Part shown: piece after piece, positions 45,207 to 55,309 of the stretch
How the letters are laid out: the number at the start of each line of letters is the position of its first letter
Numbering within the stretch: position 1 is the stretch's first letter
DNA from: Hyaloraphidium curvatum SAG 235-1
Taxonomy: Eukaryota > Fungi > Monoblepharomycota
Length of the DNA stretch: 64,000 bases
Assembly: GCA_025558095.1 (NCBI GenBank)
Contig: JAIVFI010000007.1
Coordinates: forward strand, 682,001 to 746,000
Direction: 5' to 3'
Translations under genes and position numbers: made by a program
Notes under the pieces: model-generated
What the model saw: the letters and a program-made list of their open reading frames with translations, nothing else
Database searches by the model: none
What the model was told of the DNA's origin: nothing

Positions 45207-46701
45207 ATGACCGCCGCCCCTCAGCGCGTGTACCAAGGCGACATGTGAACCCGCAGGCCCTCTCCTCGCGCCGTCCGCTGACCTTGACCCGCCTCAGCTA
45301 CGACGCGTTCGTCTTTCGCCGCCCGCGGCGCTTTCCTTTCGGACCTCGCGCTCACACGGCGCGGCCCCCCGCAGGATTGACCCCACAAAGGGGCTTAAGG
45401 ACGCGGCCAATGGCAAGGTGGTTCTCGTCACGGGGGCGGCCAGCGCCAGGGGGCTGGGTCCCCACATGTGCGTGGTGGGTTTTGGGTGCGCCCTGTTGCC
45501 GTTTTGGAGGGGTACTGACGGCGCCTTTGTTCGGTTCGCAGGCATTCGCGAGGGCGGGAGCGGCGGTGGTCGCGATGGGAGACAAGTCTGTGTCGGGCCT
45601 CAAAGAGACGGCGGCAAAGGTGGCTGCCGCGAATCCGAAGACCAAGGTCATCGAGGTGGGTTGCTTTCTTCTAGATCTGGAACCTCCTTCTGACTGGAGT
45701 GCGTCCGCCCCGGGGCCTGTGTTCCAGCTTGCACTCGACGTCTCCAGCCTCGAAAGTTGCAAGAAGGCCATTGAGACCGTCATTGCCGAGGCCGGCAGGC
45801 TTGACGTCCTCGTGAACGTAGGTTGACGCGAGCGCACTTGACCGAAGGGCGCTGATCGCGTAACCTGAACATAGAACGCCGGCATCTCGGAGCTTTGGGT
45901 TGATTTTCTCGAAAGCGACCCCGAGGAGTGGTGGCGGACCCACGAAGTCAACCAGAGGGGCACCTTCTTCATGTGCCGCCTTGCCATCCCGCAGATGCTC
46001 AAGAACGAACCCTCGAAAACGGGGACGAGGGGCGTTGTCGTCAACGTGGCCAGCATTGCGGGGGTGATGGTCGTGCCGACAGCGTCTTCGTACAGCGTTT
46101 CCAAGGCGGCCGTCATCAGGTTGACCGAGTTCATTGACGTGGGCTGTGCTTTGTCTCCGCGCATGATCCCCGGACTGATCTTGGACCGTGAACATGCAGA
46201 CCGAGATCGGACACGAGGGAATCGTCGCGATCGCCATCCATCCCTGCGCTGCAGAGTGAGCTTCCTGTATCGCGAAGGTGCCCTAGCCGGATCTCATGAT
46301 TCCCAACCGCAACTCTCCCTCAACCACCTCTTTTCCAGCACCGCGATGCAGGATCCTTTCCGCTCCAAAGAAAATGTCCGCGGGCAGAAGGGTAATCCAG
46401 CAGCGCTGCCTTTGAGTGCTCGGTGTTCTGACGCTGGGATCGGCAGGCTGGGAGATACTCAAGCCCTTCCTGACCGATAACAAGGAGCTCGCGGGGGCAT
46501 TTGCGCTGTGGTGCTCGACGCCGGCGGCGGAGCCGTTCAAGTGGGTTGTGCTGTCGCTCGAACTGGCTTTCGGTGAGCTCATTCGACGTTCACAGGGGCC
46601 GCTACCTGTCCGCGAATGACCCGGTGGACTGGCTGCTGCACAATGCAAAGGAGGTAGTCGAAAAGGATCTCTTCAAGCTCAAGCTCGCTAACCTTGCTTG
46701 A
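45207..46701 (+). CDS. Short-chain dehydrogenase/reductase, highly intron-rich
   Basis: VVLVTGAAS..G, LDV, GRLDVLVN|NAG, EVNQRG, NVASIAG, SYSVSK (YxxxK), AIHP. Confidence 0.88.
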
Positions 46702-46780
46702 TTTTGTGTACCGTTGCACTAGAGCGAATTCAAACCTACATCCCGTGCACGAGGGCCCTTTAGCTCGCCCATTGAGGCAA

Positions 46781-49700
46781 TCAAAGCTCCATCCCGTCCA
46801 TCTCCATCCCCTCCCCGTCGCTCTCCATCTCGTCGTCCTCGTCTTCCTCGTCTTGATCGCCGTTCTCGCCGTTCTGCGCGTGGTGCTGCTGCCCTGCGTT
46901 GGCTGCCCGCGCCTCCGTCCTCTGCCCCGCCAGCGAGATCCCAGGACCGGCCCAAGCAAAGTCGTCGTGGAATTCCTGCCCCTGCGCTTCGGGCTCCTGT
47001 CGCGGGACCTGTCCCGGCGGCGGGATGCCGAGGAGCCGCGGCTTTTGCAGGTTCGCAAGGTCTGGGCACGAACAGTCAGAATTGCCATCACTTCAACAGC
47101 AACGAGAACGCACCCTTCAGCGAATCAAGGCAAGCCTGCGTGCAGCCCGTGTGGTCGAGGTTCAGAAAGGACAGGTTCAAGAAGCCTGGACGCAGAGCCG
47201 TCAGACCTGCGCTTCCACAAAAGAGCTCCCCAACCAACCTGCGAGGCACGCGACGCCCTTGTCCGTCACCCCCGCGCACCGGTTCAGGTTCAGCTTCCTC
47301 AGTATCCTCTTGAACTGCGCCTCCCTCTCCGCGTCCGGCCTCGCGTACGCCGGCGACGTCGACATGCTCGCCACGTGCGCGGTCCCCGGCACCGTCCCCG
47401 CCCCGCCGTTCCACACCTCGAGCGCCGCGTCGCCGACCCCCGTCTGCGCCACCGAGAGCGACTCGAGGCCCGCGTAGCGCCGGATGCTCGCGGCGAAGAA
47501 GGCCTCCTCCTCGTTCGACGGGTCCAGGAAGGGAGGGGAGAGGCAGGCGACCCTGTCCAGGTCGAGAGAGACGAGGTCCAGCTGCGAGAGGAGCGACGTG
47601 AGGGCGCGGATCGAGATGGTCTTGATGCCGGCCAGCGAGAGGGTCTTGAGCGTGGGCGCGAACCCGGCGATGGCGGCCAGCCCGACGTCGGAGATGTCGG
47701 ATGCGTTCTCCAGGTCGAGGCCGGCCAGCGGCACGCGGTTCTGCGCCAGAGCAGGGAGGATGAGGTCCAGAGGCAGGTCGCGGGTCGGGAAGCTAATCGC
47801 CGTGAGGTGCTTGAGGGCTACAGCGCACGACTCAGTGCAAAGAAACGTCAAACGCAGCAAGCAGACTCACATTTGGCGATGTTTTGCATCCCGACCGCCG
47901 TCACGCCCGAGCACCCCTTGAGGTCCAGCTCCTTCAGATCCGAGAACCCCGAAACGATCCTCCGCACGTCCTCGTCCGAGACCGCGGTCCGCGAGACGTC
48001 CAGCACGCGCAGGTGGGGGTAGAACTCGGACTGCGGGCCCGTCGGAGGTTTGAGCGGGGAGGTGATCTGGGCCGAAACCAGAGACAACGTTTCGAGGTTT
48101 CTCAATGCTGACGGCACAACGTCAGCGGAGGCCAACGGCACGTCAGCAAACACTCACGCTTCAGATCCTCGAAGATGGTGTTGCCCATGATTCCGGGGCA
48201 GTGAGCCAGCATAAGAGTCTCGAGCGCCGATTCGCCACTTCCGTCGACCCCCAACCCCTTTGCGATCGTCCTCAGCCCGGCCGTTGTGATCTTGGTGCTC
48301 GACAGGTCCAGGTGCACCAGCCCCCGCATCGCCGCGAGCGTCGGCGCGCTCTTGTCCGTCACCTTGACGTTGGACAGGTCCAGATGCTGCAGCGTCTTTG
48401 TCAGCGGCGCCAAGGCCTTGATCCCGTCGTCCGTGACGTAGCTGCACCCCCGCAGCGTGAGCCTGCGCACGCCCGCCGTGCCCAGGATCGCGAGCACCGA
48501 GTCGGTCGCGAGGCGGTACGAGTCCATCGCCACGTTCTCGAGCTGGCACCGCGCCGCGAGCCGCCTGAGCGAGTGGATGTCGAGCTTCTTTTGCCGGATC
48601 AGCGCCGCCAGCACCGCGTCCGCCAGGCCGGGGGAGAGGAACTTGAGCGGGCTCAGCTCGGCGGCGGGGAGCTTGGGGTCCGTGAGCATCAGCGCCACCC
48701 GCGAGAGCACCGCGTCGCGCAGCGTCGGCATCTCCTTGCTTCCCTTCGGGCCCGCACCGGTCGGCGACCCCTCGTTCCCGGCCCTCGCGCCGCCGCGCGC
48801 CAGCGAATCCAGGAACGCCGCGCGCCGCCTCGCTTCCTCCTCCTCCCTGCGCCGCTCCGCATCGTCCGCTCCCTCGTCCCCGTCGTCCGGATCGGGCTCG
48901 GGGTCCGGCCCGCCCCCGCCGCCGGCCAGCGTCCTCCCCTGCCCCGAGAACCCCAGCGACCCCGCGTGCTCGTGCGCGAACCCCGTGCGGATCTGGCCGC
49001 CGGTGGGGAACCCGGGGGTGCCGGTGAAGTTGGTCGGGCGGGTGGCGACGTGGCCTCCGCCGGGGCGGTTGGCGCCGCCGCCGCCGCCGCCGAGGGTCAT
49101 GCCGGTGCCGGGGCGGATGTTGCCGGTGCCGCCGAGGAAGGGGTGCGGGTTGAGGGAGCCGGGGGTGTGGATGTTGGGGCGCGGGGCGGGGCGAACGCCT
49201 TGGATCGGGGGGCGGGCGGGGGCGATGGGCGAGGTCGGCGACGGGGTCGCTTCCGAGGCTGAAGGGCCGGCTTCCGAATCGTCCATGGGCTCCTCGTCCT
49301 CGGCTTCGGGCTCGGGGGCCGGAGCAGGAGGAGGAGCCGGCTGCGCCGGCGCCGGAGCGTTTCCAAAGACGACACCGTCATTGACCTGTTTGACAATCGC
49401 AAGAGAGGCCGACGGAGCGAGACCTTCACGAGGCATGGTCAGACAAAGAACGAACCATTCGGGCAGAATGACAACACACCGCAGTCCGCCACCGTCTTGC
49501 CCGAGTCCCTCGGAACCTGGCGCCGGGGAGGCACCGTCTCGACCAGGCCCCACCCGTCGCCCTGCGCGTGCTCCGCGGCAAACTCCCACACCTTGTCCAC
49601 GCTGTCCGTCCGCTCGAACGTGCGCCGCACGGCGCGCCCGTCGGGGAGCCGGAGCTGCACCGTCGCGCCGGTTGACGGCGATGCGGGGGCGGGGGCGGGG

Positions 49701-50484
49701 GCGGGCTCGGGCGGGGCGGCCTTGCGCACGGGGGCGGGCTTGGGGCCCGCTTCCGCGGCCTTGGCGTTGAGCATGCGGGCGCGCTCGCGGTCCGCTTGGA
49801 TCTCCTTGAGCAGGCGTGCCTTATCCTGCGAAGCGCAGTGGTCAGGAATGACCATCAAATGAATGCAGCAGAGTGGTTTCGAACCTCGCGTTCCTGCTTC
49901 CTGAACTTGGCGTAGTCGTCGGCCGCCTTGGTCTGGGCATAGAGCTTGTTGTCGCCCATTTTGTAGCGGCTCTCGATCTTTCTCGCCGCGGGCGGACTGC
50001 CTCCCGCCGCCCCTGCCCCAGCCGAGCTCGGTCCCAGGGGGCTGGCCGCCACGGGCGAAGTGCCTCCCGCGGTCCCCGCCCCGGCCGAACCGGCTCCCGG
50101 GGCACCGGCGCCCACCAGAATACTTCCCGACGAGCTTGCAGCTGCAGGCGTCACGTCGATGGCCATGGGTGAGGCGCCGGAGAGTGCGAGAGGGGGCGCG
50201 AAGGGGCCGTCCGGGGGCAGATCCGGGATGGTGCCGTCGGCGGACGCGAACGGCGACGAGATCCCGATCGCGCGGGAGCCGCCGAGCCGCAGCGTCGCGT
50301 TCGCCGGCGCGGCCGCCGCCAGCCGCCGCTCGATGAGCTCCGCGGGCGACGCGCCGCCCTGCCGCTGCACGATCCAGTCGACGCCGTCCTCGACGTCGAC
50401 GGCCAGCCCGACGTTGACCGCCTCGGCGCACAGCTCGGAATCAAAGCCGAGCGCCAGCAGCGACGCGAGCACCGAGCCGGACAT
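46781..50484 (-). CDS. UBA-like + UBX + leucine-rich-repeat protein
   Basis: N-terminal LLALGF..A..VEDGVDWI (UBA-like); VQLRLPDG..RRTF..VPPRR (UBX); many LxLxxCxxVTDxG / LDLSxTxITxxG repeats; spliced. Confidence 0.82.
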
Positions 50485-50549
50485 CGTGTCGGGTGTGCGT
50501 TTGTATGTAATGAGGAGCTAGCAATCCCACCGTACACTTAGAAATCCCC

Positions 50550-53500
50550 CTACGCCCCAAGAATCAGCTCCTCATCTACATTCAAACCAAAAGCGACCGG
50601 CGCGGGGGCCGGAGCGTTGACAGCGGCGGCTTCGGTGCACAGCTGAAGCCAGTGTTGGAGTTGGGCCGCGACGCCAAGAGCCCAGGCCACCGCGATCCGT
50701 TCGCGGAAGCGCCGCACAAAACGAGAGTAAAGGCCATCGAGGTCCACGGGCTGCCCATCGCGGCCGACGATCCCGGGATACTGGATGCGCCCCATCTCCG
50801 AGGAGAAGCGCGAGAAAGTGGCAGAGACAGCGCTGTACGAATCAAAAGCAAGCACGATCAGAGGGTAGAAGTTGGCGTTGAAGACGAAACGGGAGTAGTC
50901 CTTCCTGGCGGCCTCGACCCGCCGTTCGACTGCGTGGCCCGGGACCGAGAAGACCAGGCCCGTGTGCAAATGGGCCATAGAGGTGAGGGTCTTGATCTCG
51001 AGCAACCACCGTTTCCGGGTTTCGCGGTGCGTGATGAGAATGTCGCCAAGGCGGCCAGCATCCGCAGGCGTGGGCGGGGTGACAGTCTCGTAGCCATGCG
51101 CAAGGAGGTTTGGCGGCATGGGGTGCACGCGGAGGAGCGGGATGGAGCGAAGCGCCGCGCGGATGGCCGCGCAAATGTCGTCGTGACCAGGACTGAAGAG
51201 ATCCCGGCCATAGCAGCCCGAGAACGCGTGCTCCCCCGTCAGCGCCATGGCCGATCGCTTGCAGCCCCGCCGGCAGGGCAAGGAAAGACCAGGGTAGTCG
51301 GCCTCGTGCAGGAGCGGGAGGCAAAGCCGGAAGCGTACAAGTAAGCGGAAAAAGTTGTTGCGAATGTGGTTGGCAAGCAGCGCGGGAGAGGCAGTCAGGA
51401 AAGCCGACAGGCCGTCCTGCGCCTGGACGAGCCGCTTGCGGCGCTCCAGACCAGCGGAAGTGTCGGGTTGCAAGGCAATCAGAGCCGCGAGGCGGCGCTG
51501 GTCCTCGAGACGCGTAAGGTCGCTCTGCAGGCCGTGCCAGACCGGCTGAGCGAAGAAACTGGCGTCCGCAGGGAGCGTACGGCGGGCGGGCGCGGCGCCC
51601 ACCGGTTGCCCAGCACGCGCAGCCTCGGCGTACGCTGCGGCCGTGTCATCCTCGACACGCTCAAAGGCGGGGCGGAGGGCCTCGATGACGGGAACCAGTT
51701 CCCGCACGTGCTCCACGCCCACACCCCGGGCCGAGGTTCGAAGACCAAGCATGGCGTCCAAGGGGCCCGCCGTGAGGTTGAGTGAAGACAGGTAAGCCGC
51801 CGAGGCCACCTTCTCCGATGACAGAAGCCCCATCCCCGAGTAGTGCAGACCCAAGAATACCTGCTCCCGCACAGTCCGACCCTCCACCGACAGCGGATCC
51901 AGATCCTCGGCCCGATCTCCCAGCAAGCGCAAGAAGGTGGTGAAAAGCGCGTTGTCAAGACGTCGAGCAAAGGGTTGGGTAACCGAGGGGGGGAGAATGC
52001 GGAGCCAAAACGAGAAGAGCTGGGTCACACAGAGACGGAGGAGGGAGTACAGGCCCTGGAGGGAGGGGATGTCGGCCGGCATGGCGTAGCCGAGCGCGGC
52101 GCGCTCGATGTCATCGAGAAGAGCGGCAATGGAGTCGATCTTGGCCGCGAGGAACGACTCCACATAGGCAGGGGTGCCGACCGGGGCACCTACCACCTTG
52201 AGGCCGCACGAGCGAGCGAAGTCAGGCGAGCCCGGGGCCGACGCCGTGGCATGCACCTCGGGGTCGGCCTCGTGAGGCGGGAAGCCAGCGACGCGGATGT
52301 TGTGGGCCGCACCGGCCGCGCGCACCCACTCCAGCACGGCCGGGTTCGTCGAGAGCGAAAGCAGGTAGCTCTTGTCCGGGCGGTGGGTCATGCCGAGGGA
52401 AGAAAGGCCGTCACGCACCTCTCCCAGGACGGCCATGACCGAGTCCAGCGGCCCGACCACGGTGAGGTCGTCGAGGTACCCAAGGATGAGGCAGTCGGGG
52501 TGCCCAGAGCGGATGGGCCGCAGCATGCGGCTCATGGCGCAGGAGAAGATGGCAGACGCCAGCGGGTCGCCCTGGATGTTGCCCTCGTACATGGTGATCC
52601 GGAAAAGGAGCTCCGCCGAGCGCCGGTCGCGGAAGTAGGCGTGGGAAGGGCGCGAGTAAACGAGGTTGTAGTACGGGATAAGCTGAGGCACCTGGCGGAC
52701 CACCTCGCGCGCGAAGAGGCGGCGCAGCGTATTGAAGGCGTTCCTAGAGTCGACCTTCATGACGACGTGGTCGGGGAAGGCCGCCAGCCACGCGTTCACC
52801 GCGTGGGCGGTCGCCTCCGCGCCCCCGTCCACCCCGTGACCCAGGTCCTCCTGCTGTTGGAGCTTCCTCAGAAGAGCCTTGTGCCGCACGGCCAGGTACG
52901 AGCCCGCGAGCCGCGTGATGCCCTCCATAATGCCAATCGGCCGGAGCCCCCCCTCCGGCTTGAGCAGAGGGACGAGGATTTGATCCGTGAGGAGCGGCCG
53001 GAGCATGGGGGTGTCGAGTCGGCCAGTGCACACGCCATGCACCATGGCCGCCAGCGGGCGGAGCTTCCGCCGCGTCGCGTCGTTCTCGCAGTTGTGCACG
53101 ATGAAAAGTTTGGCCATGCTGAAACCCGACATGCCGGCCCCCACGCCGTCCTTCTTCCGGCGCAACCGGGCCCAGATGTCCTCCAGGAAAGCCGCGTCCG
53201 TGTAGGCAGGGCAGGGCGCGGGCGCGTTGGGGGGCAGAGACAGCCGACACAGCGGCTCTCCCTCCCGCGGCCCCGGGTACAGCTCCTCCAGTTCCGCCTG
53301 AAGCGTGGGCGTGAAGCCAGCCGGAACGGCCTCCCCCGAGAGGGCCGCGGACGCAGCACCAGGAGCGCCCTTCAAGGCGGCAAGCACGATGGACTTGAAG
53401 AGCTGGTAGTTGAGCGGCCGCAGCCCGTCCCGCCGCGCGCCCCGGTTGACCTGACGGGCGGCGAAGTAGTTCTGCTCGTACATGTAGTCCCCCGACATGA

Positions 53501-54461
53501 CGTAGCCGCCAAACGCAAGGTAGGCGGTGAGAGTGCGGTGCAGGTCGGTTTCCGGCGCCGCCGGGTCCTCGTAGGCCCGTTGGAAAGACTCGCTGGCCCG
53601 GAAGGCGAGCGCGCTCCAGGTGGTGGTCCGGTAGCGGTGCTTCAGCGGCTCCGGCGGCGGCGCCCCCGCGCCCCCGCCCGGCGGCGAATCAGGCCCGGGA
53701 CCCCCGGGTGGACCACCGTCGCCCGGGTCGCCCGGATCACCGCCGTTGCCGTGCCCGCCAGCCGCGGCGTTGCCGCCCGGCGCGCCGTCGCCGCCTGGGG
53801 GATCACCGCCGTCCGGGGCGGCACGCGCCGCCGCCGCCGCCGCCGCCAGCGCCGCCCGTTGCGCCTGGCCGTCCTGCGGGGCGTCGGCCGCAACCCGGGC
53901 GGCCGCAAGGGCCGCCATCAGCGCGGGCGCGGGTGGCGAAGCACGGGGAGATGCCGACGATGCCGCTGGTGACGCCGGTCCCTCCGCGCGTCCCGTGGCA
54001 GCCGCCCGCTCGGCACGCACGCGGTCGAGGAACTCGACGAGATCGGGTGGAAGCGAAGCTAAAGAGACGCCAAGTGGCGGGTTAGCTGCGTCCGGGTTGC
54101 ACGAGGTGTGCTGTCCAGAAACACCGGCACCAGAGGCGTTTGCGGCGTAGGGACGCCGGCAACCCCCGCACCGCGCTAGCCCCATGGCGCGCAACGCATC
54201 GGCAGACAGGCGCTGCATCGCCAACCAGTGCTCCGGGCTCCGTGTGACCCGAAGATGACCGTCCCGTTTGTTTTTGTTTGGAGTTGGCTGGAAGCGGCAA
54301 CCATCAACCGGGCACTCATGGAGGCCGGGTTCAGCAGGCGCCTCCGCCATCGGCACATCGCCGTCGATGCAAGATTGGTGATGATGAGATAGAGCTCCGA
54401 TGTTGGCGAAAGCTGCCGCGCAGCGGTGGCAGCTGTAAGGCAGGAGCGGCGTGCGGCTCAT
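50550..54461 (-). CDS. Retrotransposon pol: N-terminal zinc fingers, reverse transcriptase, CCHC and RLE endonuclease
   Basis: CHRC..HHHQSC; LKPEGGLRPIGI, KVDSRNAFN, GNIQGDPLAS, YLDD, VGAPVG, GMGL; CRRGC..HAFSGC..HD; RLGDILI..LEIKT. Confidence 0.93.
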   Translation of the reverse strand: MSRTPLLPYSCHRCAAAFANIGALSHHHQSCIDGDVPMAEAPAEPGLHECPVDGCRFQPTPNKNKRDGHLRVTRSPEHWLAMQRLSADALRAMGLARCGGCRRPYAANASGAGVSGQHTSCNPDAANPPLGVSLASLPPDLVEFLDRVRAERAAATGRAEGPASPAASSASPRASPPAPALMAALAAARVAADAPQDGQAQRAALAAAAAAARAAPDGGDPPGGDGAPGGNAAAGGHGNGGDPGDPGDGGPPGGPGPDSPPGGGAGAPPPEPLKHRYRTTTWSALAFRASESFQRAYEDPAAPETDLHRTLTAYLAFGGYVMSGDYMYEQNYFAARQVNRGARRDGLRPLNYQLFKSIVLAALKGAPGAASAALSGEAVPAGFTPTLQAELEELYPGPREGEPLCRLSLPPNAPAPCPAYTDAAFLEDIWARLRRKKDGVGAGMSGFSMAKLFIVHNCENDATRRKLRPLAAMVHGVCTGRLDTPMLRPLLTDQILVPLLKPEGGLRPIGIMEGITRLAGSYLAVRHKALLRKLQQQEDLGHGVDGGAEATAHAVNAWLAAFPDHVVMKVDSRNAFNTLRRLFAREVVRQVPQLIPYYNLVYSRPSHAYFRDRRSAELLFRITMYEGNIQGDPLASAIFSCAMSRMLRPIRSGHPDCLILGYLDDLTVVGPLDSVMAVLGEVRDGLSSLGMTHRPDKSYLLSLSTNPAVLEWVRAAGAAHNIRVAGFPPHEADPEVHATASAPGSPDFARSCGLKVVGAPVGTPAYVESFLAAKIDSIAALLDDIERAALGYAMPADIPSLQGLYSLLRLCVTQLFSFWLRILPPSVTQPFARRLDNALFTTFLRLLGDRAEDLDPLSVEGRTVREQVFLGLHYSGMGLLSSEKVASAAYLSSLNLTAGPLDAMLGLRTSARGVGVEHVRELVPVIEALRPAFERVEDDTAAAYAEAARAGQPVGAAPARRTLPADASFFAQPVWHGLQSDLTRLEDQRRLAALIALQPDTSAGLERRKRLVQAQDGLSAFLTASPALLANHIRNNFFRLLVRFRLCLPLLHEADYPGLSLPCRRGCKRSAMALTGEHAFSGCYGRDLFSPGHDDICAAIRAALRSIPLLRVHPMPPNLLAHGYETVTPPTPADAGRLGDILITHRETRKRWLLEIKTLTSMAHLHTGLVFSVPGHAVERRVEAARKDYSRFVFNANFYPLIVLAFDSYSAVSATFSRFSSEMGRIQYPGIVGRDGQPVDLDGLYSRFVRRFRERIAVAWALGVAAQLQHWLQLCTEAAAVNAPAPAPVAFGLNVDEELILGA

Positions 54462-55309
54462 GGCGAATACGGTGGCGGCGGCGATGCCGGTGTCCCGCCG
54501 CCAGGATCAGCTACCGCGGACGGTGCCTTGTCCGACGAGATCTCCCAATCGTCGAGCGCATGTGTCCGCATCCAAACCTCCTGTGACTCGGTCAGGTCGC
54601 CCCCCGCCCTGTGCCAGGCCGCAAGCGCCGACCACGCGTCACCGATAGCATCACGGCCGCCGTCATCGAGGAGCTCGGAACCTGGCCATTCGAGGTGCGC
54701 CGGCGAACCGGGCTCCGTGTGAGCATACCAAGGAGGCAAGGTGCGCGTCGGAGTGGATACTTCCGAGGAGCTCTGCCCCCCCCCGGCCGTTGGTGCCGGC
54801 GGCGTGCCGGGGGTTGTGCGGGGCGGCGCAGGCGGCAGCTGCAAGCTCGGCACGGCGGTTGCAGCTGGGGTTTCCCACGGAGGATGGCCTGGGTGCGCCG
54901 AGAGCATGGAAGCGGCCGAAGCCGGGGCATCAGCGATCAAGATCTGCGATGACGAGGAGGGAGATACTTCCGAGCATGCCGCCCCTTTCCCCCCCGCTGG
55001 TGCCGGCAAGCGGGAGGAGCCGCGGGGCGGCGTGGGCAGAGTGTGACCCTCGGCCAAGCTAGGCACGGCATTTGGCCGAGGGGCCCCGGGGGACGCGGGG
55101 TCAATGTCGGAAGTCTCCCCTGCTGCCGCGAACGGCCTCGGAACTCGGTGAGACGTTGTAGATAGTGGTAGTTGGCGTACCGGTGAAGACTGCAAAACAG
55201 CAAAAGATGGAGGGGCTGACCGCGCCCGGGAGGTATCCGGACGAGCTCGGCGCCGAGAAGAGCAGCCCACTACTCGGCGTTGCCACTTGCTTGGTGGTGT
55301 TTTAGGCAT
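54458..55309 (-). CDS. Middle ORF of the retrotransposon (283 aa, Pro/Ala/Ser-rich)
   Basis: Exactly bridges ORF1 and pol: ATGCCTAA overlap at 55309-55302 and ATGA overlap at 54461-54458. Confidence 0.55.
   Translation of the reverse strand: MPKTPPSKWQRRVVGCSSRRRARPDTSRARSAPPSFAVLQSSPVRQLPLSTTSHRVPRPFAAAGETSDIDPASPGAPRPNAVPSLAEGHTLPTPPRGSSRLPAPAGGKGAACSEVSPSSSSQILIADAPASAASMLSAHPGHPPWETPAATAVPSLQLPPAPPRTTPGTPPAPTAGGGQSSSEVSTPTRTLPPWYAHTEPGSPAHLEWPGSELLDDGGRDAIGDAWSALAAWHRAGGDLTESQEVWMRTHALDDWEISSDKAPSAVADPGGGTPASPPPPYSP

Noticed and set aside
50507-50534. 28-bp sequence shared with 60095-60122 as a conserved target site or spliced leader
   Set aside because: It lies inside the TSDs of both copies, so it is the element's own 3' UTR.
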